The translations under genes and the position numbers were made by a program. A DNA stretch of 64,000 nucleotides from Eledone cirrhosa (taxonomy: Eukaryota). Below, piece by piece: positions 51,066 through 63,231 of the stretch; positions within the stretch are counted from its first letter, which is position 1, and each line of letters begins with the position of its first letter. Location of the stretch: NCBI GenBank assembly GCA_964016885.1, contig OZ024741.1, positions 221,774,001 through 221,838,000 on the forward strand. The letters are read 5' to 3'. The notes under the pieces were generated by a model. That model made no database searches. It worked only from the letters and a program-made list of their open reading frames with translations, and had not been told where the DNA came from.

Positions 51066-53839
51066 TGAAACAATGTTTGGCACATAGTTTATATGAAGCA
51101 TTGTAAAGTATGTGATTATGATTGTTTTAGGAAAGCTGGTACAATGTGCATATTAGAAATATAGAAATGAAAACTAGAGTAAATTAAGAAAAACAAAACA
51201 GTTTACAATTTTCATCATACATAATTTTTTGAATTATGAAAATTATTGTGCAAGAACTTTTAAGTTATGTTCCAAATACCAACATAATAATGACAAAGCA
51301 TATTACTAAATAATTCAAAATTCTAGATTATTTTCAAAATTATTTGAAAATCACAAGCAATGATCCAGCATGATCTCAGCCAGTCGGCTGGAACAGGTAA
51401 TAGAGCATGACAGTATCTGTCATTACAAACATGGCTACATATTATTATGTAAGAACCTTTGTGAAGTTATGTTCCAAACACTAAATAATGAGAAAGTCAG
51501 CTATATTACTAAATGAACTTTTTAAACAAGCTTAAGATTTTTTGGGGGACAATATATATATATATATATGTTCGGATTTTATATTTTTATGTGAAATATT
51601 TATGTAATTAAGTATTGTATATATTATTTGTGTCTATATTTTCATTCTAAGAATTATAAATATTTTGTAATATTATACAATTGTGAATAAATATATTTTA
51701 ATGTAGTTAGTCATCAAAAAAATATAATTTCATGTACATAAACTTTTGACAACCCTTCGTCTTCATTGTTTTGTTTTGTTTTTTCATATATAAAAGTATG
51801 TTTGCATTTGTAATGAAATTTTCATCCTTGCTAACAAAATATACTTGACGTTTTATGTATATGTTAAAACAATACAATTTTTTAAAAGAACGTGTTTTAC
51901 TGAAAAAAAAACCTAATCAACTTCGAACATTCTACGCACAAAATGAAATCCATTCGTTTCGATGAATCAAAAGACCCATGTTATAATATATTTACATATT
52001 TATTATTACCATTGGTTTCATTTTCAATTTCGCCGCAGTTCTCTACTTTTATCTTCAAAACAAAAAAAACATACCCGAAGATTATTTTTAAAAGCAACAA
52101 CAGCAGTTTAGTTCTCGCACACCACAATACGACTCTGTTTCTTCATAACTTTCTTAATAATGTACATCTTTTGATGAAATTTTACAGAATTCCATTTTCG
52201 AAGATTAGATTAAGATCATGTTGATGACATTTAAAAGAAAATAATGCGTTTGTTTAATTTTTGTTGTTGATTTTTCCGCAACTCATATTCATAGGAATAA
52301 CTTTACCTTCCAATGTAAAACCTGTCATGATCCCGATTAATATTAATCATCAGCAAAGTGGAATGTATGATAAACAAAATTTCCCCAGTTTGTGTTTAGC
52401 CTACTACAAAGTATTCATTAAAAGAAAACATTAACGAACGAAACTATATACAATAATGAGAAAGGATGAATTTGTATTATTACTAGTAATAGTATTTTTT
52501 AAGGGTAGTAAAAAAAAATAAAAAAAAAGTTTATAGGTTCGGTTAGAATTTTGCAGGTGAGATTTCTCTGTTTTTCTTGTGATATTTTATATATTCTTCA
52601 CTACTATGGCCTTCAAAACCGTCGTAAATAATCGTTTTCTGTGGTTTTCCCACCCAAGAACTCCATAACATTCACCTCGGAGATAAATGTAATAATGATT
52701 TCTACCATAGGCACAAGGCCAGTAATCTGGGGAAGGGGGGAAGTCGATCCCTGTACTTAACGGGTACTTTATTTTATCGAGCCCAGAAGGATTAAGGGCA
52801 AAGTTGACTTCGGCGCGATTTAAACTCAGAACGTAAAGAACCATAACACCATAACAAATACTGCTAAACAATTGTCCCGATGCTCTAACAACTTTGCCAA
52901 TCCACTACTCTAGACGTCTGTAATACAAATTTACCGATCGCCAATCCACTGCCCTAGACGAGTGTAATATAAATTTTACCGATGAAAGCATTTAATTTAG
53001 TTCTTTTTTTATTATATTTTATCAACATTATGGTAACCTACATAATCGAAAATGTATCTCCGCAAAATTTAATTTTAAAATATACATTATTAAGAAACTT
53101 AGGAAACAAAGTTGGATGGGGTCCTATAATGTAGTTATGTCAAAGTTAAGGTGTGTTTTTTAATCATCGTAAAAAACAAATTCCGATTAAAGGGAAGACT
53201 TTCAAGATGTATAACCTTGTTTAATTTAATATAAACTTTACTGTCAGCATTTTTAACAATTTAAATATGTCTTAAGACACCTATCCAGAAATTCCACTTT
53301 TTTTGTTTGTTTGTTTTTTTACTTTCTCTAATCAATAAACGACGCATAATTGATTCTATAATCAATAAACGACGCATAATCGATTCACAGTCTTGGAACT
53401 CCACTGGCAAATTACTGATCGACTAGAAACAAACTAAATATTGTAATGTGCCAAAAATGAATGACCTAATCTAGTTATATTGGTCGAAATACAACGAAAC
53501 CTGACATGATATTTCTATATAAAAAATAATATCTTACTTAAACAGTAGCGAGTGAAAAAATGTATGAATGCAAGATTCGGATCTCTGGACGAACTTGAAA
53601 AACGAAAGTCAGTAGCAGCCGACGTTAATAATTACGTAATGGTTGACTTATTGTTAATTATATAAATCAACGGTTGAAGAAAGCGATTAATAATTCAACA
53701 CCAATAATGTAAAATAATAACTATATATATATATGTGTGTATGTGTGTGTGTGCGTGGGTGTGTATATATATATATACTGACTCTGCATAGAGTATTCTG
53801 TTTTGTGATCTTCCCGGCCTTCGTAACGCAGACTATTGA

Positions 53840-53889
<50 letters not shown>

Positions 53890-54012
53890 GATATTAATAA
53901 ATGGAAACTATATTTATACGTATATCTACTCCAAATACTTGTCGAGTGCTTTATATCTGTTATAAAAATATTTACTTGTTGTATCCCAACAATTTTAAAT
54001 AGAATTTTTGCA
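53890..54012 (+). mobile_element. Short Penelope (Naiad) terminal fragment between two (TA)n tracts
   Basis: ~53927-54012 resembles the reverse complement of 40088-40172; ATTAATAAATGGAAACT is shared with ~40187-40203. Confidence 0.65.
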
Positions 54013-54286
54013 TATATATATATATATATATCAACGACGAAATATTTGAAAGATGACAAAATGTACTTACTTAAAAAATATTCAATAAATATGTTATTCC
54101 CGTCTGACACAAGCTGAGTATAACAATGTTAATAAACCAGCCAGCTGATAGAGAATTTACCGCCACACCACATGCCATGAGATAGTTTCATAAACAATGA
54201 ATGAATAAACATGTTGCTGTGTACTACGTAATAATAACGTATGTGTACTACGTACGCCTGACGTAGTACACTGCTTTTATACTCAC

Positions 54287-54440
54287 CTTTCCATAATCTA
54301 CGATTCCGAGTATATTTTACCTCTGACCTTAGGTGTAGTGTCTATCACCCTCTCTCCTTTCGTCGCCTAATAATCCTTGCTCTTTCCTTCCTTTTCCTCT
54401 CATTTATAGCGTTTCTTTTTTATGTTTGACTAAATATTAA
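54287..54440 (-). promoter_or_regulatory. Candidate non-coding first exon / promoter region of ABCB6
   Basis: Strong AAG|GTGAGT donor at 54287 in a locally CpG-richer region. ABCB6 needs an upstream exon because its ATG exon starts at an acceptor. An alternative donor lies at 52307; the 5' boundary is a guess. Confidence 0.35.
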
Positions 54441-55156
54441 ATACTAGGCACTACAAACTGTCAGTCGGAGCAGCCGATAAAAGCAAAACATCGTTTATTT
54501 CCGTATTACTACCTACTTTGGCGATATCCAATTTTAGCGGCCTAAATACTGCTTACTTGCTGTAGTTGCTGCTTACTTCAATGTATGAGACTATTTCAAC
54601 AAATTTACATTCCCCTTTTTTTTAGCCGTTAAAAGAAATATAGATTTATTTATTGGTTTTTTTTTGCGATTTATTTGCCACTGGGGCATATATTTCTTTA
54701 TTTGCCCCTTTTTTGTTTTTTTTTGCGATTTATTAGCCTTTTGGGGTCACACACACCCCCGTAGAAAGTGTGCGACCTTTCTGCCAGGGAGCACAGAGAG
54801 AGGGGGGTGCTCCCTTCTTCTCTTACCTGTACAAGCCGATATAGAGAGATGGCCCACTTACACGGGCCATTATTGCTACTTTCACCCATCTTTCATGGAA
54901 TTGGCTGGGACTGAGCGCCTTTTTCTCCACTTTGATCCTTCTTTCGAAGTGGTATCGGAAGAAGAGGACCATTTGTTGGCCGGCGACATATCCCCACAGT
55001 TTCCTCGTTGCAAACGCATCTGGGACATTTCTTTTCCAAGGGGTTTCCGTCCCGGAATCCGTGTCTGTAGAGCCTTTCCCGAACGGGCAGGGCCCCTCGG
55101 TATAATAGTAAGTATTAGTGGTTGTAATAAAAATGCAATCAAAATGTAATAAATAC

Positions 55157-55292
55157 CTTCACTGATTTCTTTCCTTATATTATCAACAGAAGTTGGTATG
55201 TCACCCAAAGTTCGCTTTGTATGTTCCCGAATAGCAGTGAATTTTGATAAAACTGTTTCTAATTCCTTCTCCACAGTAAGACAACTATCCAT
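55157..55292 (-). pseudogene. RMND5: Captured first coding exon of RMND5/GID2 (CTLH E3 ligase subunit), copy 1
   Basis: MDSCLTVEKELETVLSKFTAIREHTKRTLGDI..IRKEISE resembles, from memory, the RMND5A N-terminus (MDQCVTVERELEKVLHKF); it ends at a phase-1 G|GTATTT donor. Confidence 0.75.
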
Positions 55293-55465
55293 GTGTAGTC
55301 CAAAAAGATATAAATCTTTTAAAAAATTATAATAATTCTTTATTATTATTTTCTTTTTCTGTAAATAATTATTTTTCTATATATCTCAAACCCTGCCAAA
55401 CACCACATCTGTCTATCTGTAAATTTAAATGACTGTTCTTTCATACTTATCCTCTTCAACTACAC

Positions 55466-55601
55466 ATGGATATTTGTCTTACTGTGGAGAAGGGATTAGA
55501 AACAGTTTTATCAAAATTCACTGCTATTCGGGAACATACAAAGCGAACTTTGGGTGACATACCAACTTCTGTTGATAATATAAGGAAAGAAATCAGTGAA
55601 G
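55466..55601 (+). pseudogene. RMND5: Captured first coding exon of RMND5/GID2, copy 2
   Basis: Mirror of copy 1 with S>I and E>G changes; same donor at 55602. Confidence 0.75.
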
Positions 55602-55791
55602 GTATTTATTACATTTTGATTGCATTTTTATTACAACCACTAATACTTACTATTATACCGAGGGGCCCTGCCCGTTCGGGAAAGGCTCTACAGATACGGA
55701 TTCCGGGACGGAAACCCCTTGGAAAAGAAATGTCCCAGATGCGTTTGCAACGAGGAAACTGTGGGATATGTCGCCGGCCAACAAATGGTCC

Positions 55792-56130
55792 TGTAGCAGT
55801 TGCCTCCCTGGTTGTGACTCACAACCCCAATAGATTAACAACATCTAGACGGGAAGTAGAACCCTTTCTGTAACTTCCGGTCAGAACCCTATAAAACTAA
55901 CAACTTTAAGTTCTCACTCTCTCATTTGCCCTTCCGGCGCCTGGCCTTCGCCAGGCGTCTCGCGTTTGCCTGGCAATCAAAACGGTAACTACTAACTTTG
56001 CTTCATTCTATCATCTATTTCTTTGACATGTCAACTATACTGTTCTATATATATCCATGATTGTTAATTAAATATTATACACACAAACGATGTCTCTTTG
56101 TTACATTCATACACACAAAAATTCTCGATA
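55792..56130 (+). mobile_element. Solo LTR related to the 282-648 LTR
   Basis: TGTAGC...CTCGATA; 4-bp TSD GTCC; shares TCTAGACGGGA, CTTCCGGTCAGA.CCCTATAAAACTAACAACTTTAAG and the GC hairpin. The empty site is preserved in the other arm at ~54960-54980. Confidence 0.9.
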
Positions 56131-57838
56131 GTCCTCTTCTTCCGATACCACTTCGAAAGAAGGATCAAGGCGCTCAGTCCCAGCCAATTCAATGAAAGTA
56201 GCAATAATGGCCCGTGTAAGTGGGCCATCTCTCTATATCGGCTTGTACAGGTAAGAGAAGGGAGCACCCCCCCCTCTCTCTGTGCTCCCTGGCAGAAAGG
56301 TCGCACACTTTCTACGGGGGTGTGTGTGACCCCAAAAGGCTAATAAATCGCAAAAAAACAAAAAAGGGGCAAATAAAGAAATATATGCCCCAGTGGCAAA
56401 TAAATCGCAAAAAAAAACAATAAATAAATCTATATTTCTTTTAACGGCTAAAAAAGGGGAATGTAAATTTGTTGGAATAGCCTCATACATTGAAGTAAGC
56501 AGCAACTACAGCAAGTAAGCAGTATTTAGGCCGTTAAAATTGGATATCGCCCCTACTTTAATGATTAAAGTGGAGTTAATTAAATGAAACATTTTTTTTT
56601 TATTAAAGCATATAGATGTAAGTGGAGTTACTTAAATGAAAATATCACGCGTTTTTTTTTGTTTGTTTTTATTAAAGCATATCGATGTAAGTGGAGTTAC
56701 TTAAATGAAAATATAGGTGGCCCTTAAAAGGGCCAAATTAGAAAACAAATTTAAGTTAATTAGAAAACAAGTCATGGTTATCAAATAAATTGGATTTTAT
56801 CATTTATATTTTCATAGTCATGGTTATCAATGTAGAAAACAAGTCATTTTCACCAACAGTGGAGTTACTTCTGACAGCTAATACCATGAACTATATTTTC
56901 ATAGTCATGGTTATTAATGTAGAAAACAAGTCATTTTCACCAACAGTGGAGTTAACTTAAATGAAAATATAGGTGGCCCTTAAAAGGGCCAAATTAGAAA
57001 ACAAATTTATGGTTATCAAATTTTTTTCACCAACCCTTTATGAAGAAATGTTTAGAAAACAAATATTTTTCACCAACTTTATTCAAAAGCATGGATACAG
57101 TCCACATGGAGACAAGAGACAGTTCCCATGGAGATTGATGGTATCTGCTGTAGTAGCAGTAGCGATGGTTAATTCCATTAGCAATTTTCATTTAAGTTAA
57201 CTCCACTGTTGGTGAAAATGACTTGTTTTCTACATTGATAACCATGACTATGAAAATATAAATGATTAAATCCAATTTATTTGATAACCATGACTTGTTT
57301 TCTAATTTGGCCCTTTTAAGAGCCACCTATATTTTCATTTAAGTAACTCCACTTACATCGATATGCTTTAATAATAAAAAAAACGCGTGATATTTTCATT
57401 TAAGTAACTCCACTTACATCTATATGCTTTAATAAAAAAAAAAATAATAATAATAATAAATTTTAAAAAACGCATGAAAAAAAAAATTTCATTTAAGTAA
57501 CTCCACTTACGCGTGGTAGTAATACGGAAATAAGCGATGTTTGACGAATGACGTCACCTTCGCCAGCTTTCATCGGCTGCTTCGGTTGATAGCTAATAGC
57601 GTTGTAGTGCCAAATACTTTATTTTTATGTAATTTTATTCTAGAAATATATTTGAGTATTTTATGTAAATATTTTTTTTCAATTGGAGAAAAAAAAAGTA
57701 TCCTTTTATCGGTCTAAGCAAGTGTTTGGTACTTGTTTATGTTGTAAGGCCGCATCTGACACCCAATAAGGCCCCATTTTCCCAACAATACGGGGCACAG
57801 TTAGCATTTATATTTTACGAAAGTAATTACAAACGTAA

Positions 57839-58295
57839 TTGTTTAAAAACTGGGTACTTCACCCGAATTTTCAAATATTATATATAGTGATAGACTATTA
57901 TTATAATCATTTACGTTGGGACGACCACCTATATATAAATTTCTGTGATTCTGTCACAACACGTAAAGAGAGAGGAGTAGTTTGACTACCTCATACTACT
58001 CCTCTCTCTTTACGTCTGTTGCCTGCGTGAGTATATGTGTAAAGAGAAGGAAGGAGGGGGGTGAAAAAACTATGCTGGGTGTGAGTGTATGTGTGTATTC
58101 GTGTAAATGCCTGTGTGAGAGTATTTTTGTAAGTGTGTCTGTGTTTGCGCGTTTATATTTATATACTCATATGAATTTATGCAGTGTATGGAAAAAAATC
58201 CTAGTTGTTTAAAAAACTGGGTACTTCACCCGATTTTTCAAATATTATATATAGTGATAGACTATTATTATAGTTATTTAGTTGGTACGACCATA
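57839..58295 (+). repeat. ~95-bp direct repeat pair
   Basis: TTGTTTAAAAA(A)CTGGGTACTTCACCCGA...GACGACCA at ~57839-57928 and ~58205-58294. Confidence 0.75.
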
Positions 58296-59323
58296 TTTCA
58301 AATTACAAATTTTCCCAATGTTTCTTAAGTCAACCATATGTTCAAACATAAGTGGATTTCTCTAGGGGTCATAATTAGTTGGAAAGATAACACTTAAATA
58401 AAATGCAATCTGCAAAAACAATTAACACACACACAAGTGTACCAAAATGAAAGTTTTAAAAAATTACAGAATAAAGAGGGGAATTTCTCTTGGCAGGATG
58501 GTATATCTCAGCTGCCATTCCGCCTTGCGGGGCTTCTTCCTCGGGTGAGATCCCCTCCTTCCAATTTGGCAGAGGAAAATAGCTGTCTGGGAACTAAGAA
58601 CACTGGAAGAAGTCTTCATGGTGATCAACACAAAAAGGAAACAATCAGTCAATGTGTAGCAGTCTGGTGACCAAGGGCACCTGAAGTCTTCATGCTTTCG
58701 AATGTTGTTCTTTCAGAAGGTCACACATAGTCTTTTAGAATATCATATTCAGTCATTCAGGTTTACTCAGTCTTTCAGAAGGTCACACTTAATATTTTAG
58801 AAAGCCATATTTAGTCTTTCAGAAAGCTACAGTTAGTCTTTCAGAACGTCATACTTCATCTTTCAGAAGGCTAGTCTTTCAAAAGACTGCAGGTCTTGTT
58901 TATACCTGTGGTTACAAACCTTTTTACTAGCAAGGACTTTGAATAAATTTTTCCATGGATACCCTGCTACAATTACTTCCTCACCCAATCATTATACTGC
59001 GAGTATAACAATAAAAAAGGAGAAATTTTAATACGTAGAGAAGAATGGATACCTAATAGTATGTGTATATCATGTTAGAAACTGAGTCAGTGACCAGGTC
59101 ATAGACAGTGTGATAAAAATTTTGACATGTAAAAATAAATGATAGTGTAAAGGGAATTTAACAATTTTTTTTTATTTTTAAATCGTTAAAATGACTCTTC
59201 CACAATGTAATTGCTTTAGTTTCAATACAAAGTAACTTGGATCTGAAACTGCATGTTGAAACAATTACCACATGGAAGAGTCAATTTAGCTATTTAAAAA
59301 TACAAAAACTGTTAAATTCACTT

Positions 59324-59345
59324 TGTGTGTGTGTGTGTGTGCGTG

Positions 59346-59442
<97 letters not shown>

Positions 59443-59467
59443 ATGCGTGCATGTGTGTGTGTGTGTG
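59324..59467. repeat. (TG)n microsatellite
   Basis: Read directly from the sequence. Confidence 0.97.
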
Positions 59468-60029
59468 ATATATAATTTTTTAGAGTATACAAAAGATCCT
59501 CAAACGTTTTAGAACATCGACCCTTTTATGAAATCTTTGAAACTAGGTATGTACTGAAATAAATCAGTAAACAATATAAAATAAATCAAAGAGCAGTATG
59601 CTATTAGAAGAAATGGAGCAATGGGTGACACTGTTAGCTCTCAGGAAAACTCTCACAGCCCAGCAACGTAGTTATGACAAGGTGGGTAAAGGCCGCTTCT
59701 AAAAAAAGCCTAATATTTGCAGGTCTATGAAAATTACCAAATTGCTGACTGGTGTGAATAAGAATACCAAAATATGCAGTATGGTTAGATTCAATAGACA
59801 TCATCATCAACATCATCATTGTTTAACATCCATCTTCCACACAAGCATGGGTTTGACGGGTTTGTCCCACTTGAGGCAAGATTGGTCAGGTGATCATGTC
59901 TCGCTCATATAGAACTGTTTCTGGCAGGTTTTCTATGGCTGGATGCCCTTCCTAACGCCAATAAAGACTAATTATATATAAATCAGAAAACTGTACATAA
60001 GTAATTTTATTGTACCATATATATATTGT

Positions 60030-63000
60030 ACTATGGAGGGGTGGGTCTGCTAGATTCATTGTGGGTAAAGAACGATGCTATAAGCTTTTCTGGGTGGGAA
60101 ATGACAATGGGCTGGGTGAAGTAGGAATCATGCTAGCAGAAAAATGGGTAGATAAGATAATAGACATAAAAAGAGTGAACGACAGAATAATTAAAATAAG
60201 ACTTGTCCTAAATAGAACTACTGTGACAATAATATCTGCGTATGCACCCCAATCCGGACTGCCTGGCGTTATAAAAGACAGATTCTATGAGTCGTTAATG
60301 CTCACTACCTCCCAAATAACCGACAGTGACTACATAAATATTGCTGGCGACCTAAATGGTCACGTTGGACAACATTGTGACGGCTATGATGGAATTCATG
60401 GAGGCTATGGGTTTGGTACTAGAAATGAGGAAGGCTCCATAATCCTGGAATTCTGTGACGCAAATAACCTAACTATCTGTAACACAAACTTCAAAAAACG
60501 AGGCAATCACTTGATCACCTATAGATCAGAGGAACACGCCAGTCAGATAGATTATATCCTTACCAGAAGACGTGACAGAGTGTCTGTTGTAAACACTAAA
60601 TCCCTCTCCCCATGAAGAATGCACCTCCCAACCTCATAGTCAGGATGAGACATACTCGACAACAGAGGAGGACTATCCTCAGGAGAAAAATATGGAAGTT
60701 AAAGGACCCCACAAGCAGTAATAAATTTAAAAGCATATTACTTGATGCTTTTGACAGTAAGGAAGAGCAATTAGAGTCGTACGATATAGAGGAACAGTGG
60801 GAATTCCTGAAAGCTAACCTGCTGAAGGTGACAGATGAAATCTGTGGCTAGAGCAGACCTATAGGCAGGGGGAGAGTAACTTGGTGATGGAACAGTAAGG
60901 TGGAGGAGTCAATCAAGGCCAAAAAGCAGGCTTGGAAAGTATGGCGGGATGGGGGAAGTAGAGAAGACTATCAAGTGGCCAGGAGGGAAGCTAGGAGACA
61001 AGTGTACTTCGCAAGAAGGGAAGCAGAGGAAAGAAAGTTCAAGCAAGTTCTACAACGCGAGGACCAAAAACGTGAGGTGTTCAGGATTGCTAGGCAATGT
61101 GTCAAGGAAAACCGTGAAATTGTCGGGGAGAAACCTGTCCCTAATGATGATGGTGTACTTGCCATCACTGACACTGATAAGAAGGTAGCTTAGAAGTGTC
61201 ACTACGAAAGGCTACTAAATGAGGAGAATAAATGGGAGAAAGACAGTCTCCCCCACATCGATCCAATAGAGGGACCAGCAGTGCAAGTTAAAGGGACACA
61301 CTATGGTCACATGGATAGTAAACCAAGTCATACAGAACGGGGTCGTACCAAAGGACTGGTGTAGCAGCATCATCATTAACTGCTACAAGGGTAAAGGGGA
61401 TGCCCTAGATAGGGGAAACTATAGAGGCATTAAATTAATTGACCAGGTCATGAAGGTCACAGAAAAAGTAATAGCACAACTAATCAGAGAGCAAATTGAT
61501 CTAGATGAAATGCAGTTCAGGTTTGTGTCAGGTAAAAGTACCACAGACGCTCTTTTCCTTGTACGACAACTACAGGAGTAGTACCTAGCTAAAAGTAAAC
61601 CCCTATACTTAGCTTTTGTTGACTTGGAAAAATCCTTTGACAGAGTCCCACGCCTCATTATCTGGTGGGCTCTCAGAAAACTAGGTGTTGATGAATGGCT
61701 TGTGAGAGCTATACAAGCTATGTATAAAGAAACAGTCAGCAAGGTTAAAATTAACAACGAATATAGTGAAGAGTTTAGCGTAAAAGTTGGTGTTCATCAG
61801 GGCTCTGTCCTTAGCCCCCTCCTATTTATTATTGCCCTTCAGGCTATAACAGAGGAGTTCAAGACCGGCTGCTCATGGGAACTTCTATACGCAGATGATC
61901 TAACGCTCATAGCTGAATCAATGGCTGAACTAGAGAAGAAATTCCAAACTTGGAAGCATGGCCTAGAATCAAAAGGCCTTAAAATTAACTTGTCTAAGAC
62001 TAAAGTTCTAGTATGTAGGAAGGAAAATAGGGCACTGGTCCCCTTTGGAAAATGGCCATGCTCAGTGTGTAGGAAAGGAGTAGGCAGAAACTCCATTTTA
62101 TCTCCCAAATGCAAAGTATGGGTGCATAAAAGATGTAGTGGGATCACAAGTAAGCTAACTAAGAACATAGATTTTATATGTGGCCGGTGCTCAGGTGCAA
62201 TAAGTAGTAGCAAGTGCCCACAGGATACTAGCTCATTCCATTGCCCAGATGGTTCTATAGAAATAGTGAACACCTTCCGTACCTGGGTGACAAAATCAGC
62301 AGTGGTGGAGGGTGCTCTGAAACTACAGTAGCTAGAGTCAGAACGGGATGGAAAAAGTTCAGAGAGCTTATACCACTATTGGCCGCTAAAGGGTTCTCTC
62401 TAAAAATGAAAGGCAGGCTGTATGATGCCTGCATACGAACAACAATGTTACATGGCAGTGAGACATGGGCATTGTGTGCAGAGGATCTACGCAGACTGGA
62501 GAAGAACGAAGCTTGCATGCTCCGTTGGATGTGTAATAGTAATATATGTGATCGGCAAAGCATAAATGAATTAAGTGAGAAATTAGGAATAAGAGGAATC
62601 AGATGCTGTTTACTCGAGAGAAGATTACGTTGGTATGGTCACGTGATGCGCATGAAAGCTGACAGCTGTATAAAAAAGTGCAGGGCGATCAAAATAGACG
62701 GTAGCTACGGAGTAGGCAGACCCAGAAAAACCTGGGACGACTTGATAAATTCCGACCTTACACACTTACACCTCTCCAAGACAATGTCACTGGACTGAGA
62801 TCTTTGGCGCTACACAGTAATACAGAAGACCCGCCTTGCCTAAGTACAAAGCGAAACCTACAGTCAGTAGGCACCTCTTAACCAAAATATACCCCCGTCC
62901 CACTACCCCTATCCTCCCACCCCCATCTACACCACCTCTCTCGAAGTAACGTTATGTTGGTACCACAATATCCAGTCCTAAATAAATGGTCGTGTAGGTG

Positions 63001-63231
63001 TCACGACAAAAAAAACACACTGTCCACACTGTAATGTGGCCGTGTAGGTAACACGGTAAAAACCTCCCAGTCCACACTGTAAACGTGGTTGGTGTTAGGA
63101 AGGGTATCCAGCCATAGAAAACCTACCAGACAGTCCTACATGAGCAAGACAACCAATCTTGCCTCAAGTGGGACAATTCCCGTCTAAACCCAGGCTACCA
63201 TGGAAGATAGACGTTAAATGATGATGATGAT
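60030..63231 (+). mobile_element. RTE LINE (APE + RT) with stops, frameshifts and an internal deletion
   Basis: [51 protein letters not shown]; (GAT)n tail. Confidence 0.93.

Larger units (their letters stand above)
54520..56551. mobile_element. Inner foldback DNA transposon carrying a captured RMND5 exon in both arms
   Basis: Termini GGCGATATCC...GGATATCGCC; perfect 8-bp TSD CCTACTTT (54512-54519, 56552-56559); arms 54520-55299 and 55459-56551; 159-bp spacer. Confidence 0.9.
54447..57611. mobile_element. Outer non-autonomous foldback DNA transposon (GG...CC ends, Merlin- or Mutator-like)
   Basis: GGCACTACAA...GCAGCCGAT..AAACATCG.TTATTTCCGTATTACTACC is mirrored at 57515-57611. Flanks AAATACTA/AAATACTT match at 7/8. 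Internal GTGGAGTTACTTAAATGAAA subrepeats are mirrored around a centre at ~57010-57185. Confidence 0.82.

Noticed and set aside
54882-55873. Divergent 136-aa and 135-aa ORFs as a real gene pair
   Set aside because: Only the first 45 codons are gene-like. The remainder runs through the donor into intron and transposon arm, and copy 2 runs into a solo LTR.
54520-56551. Palindrome as an assembly or fold-back read artefact
   Set aside because: The arms differ by substitutions, indels and a TSD-flanked LTR, and the whole element has an 8-bp TSD.
58330-59010. Possible minus-strand solo LTR with TCTTTCAGAAGG subrepeats
   Set aside because: Matching termini and a TSD could not be established.
53721-59512. 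Low-complexity ORFs (YIYI, CVCV, HTHT)
   Set aside because: They are translations of (TA)n and (TG)n microsatellites.
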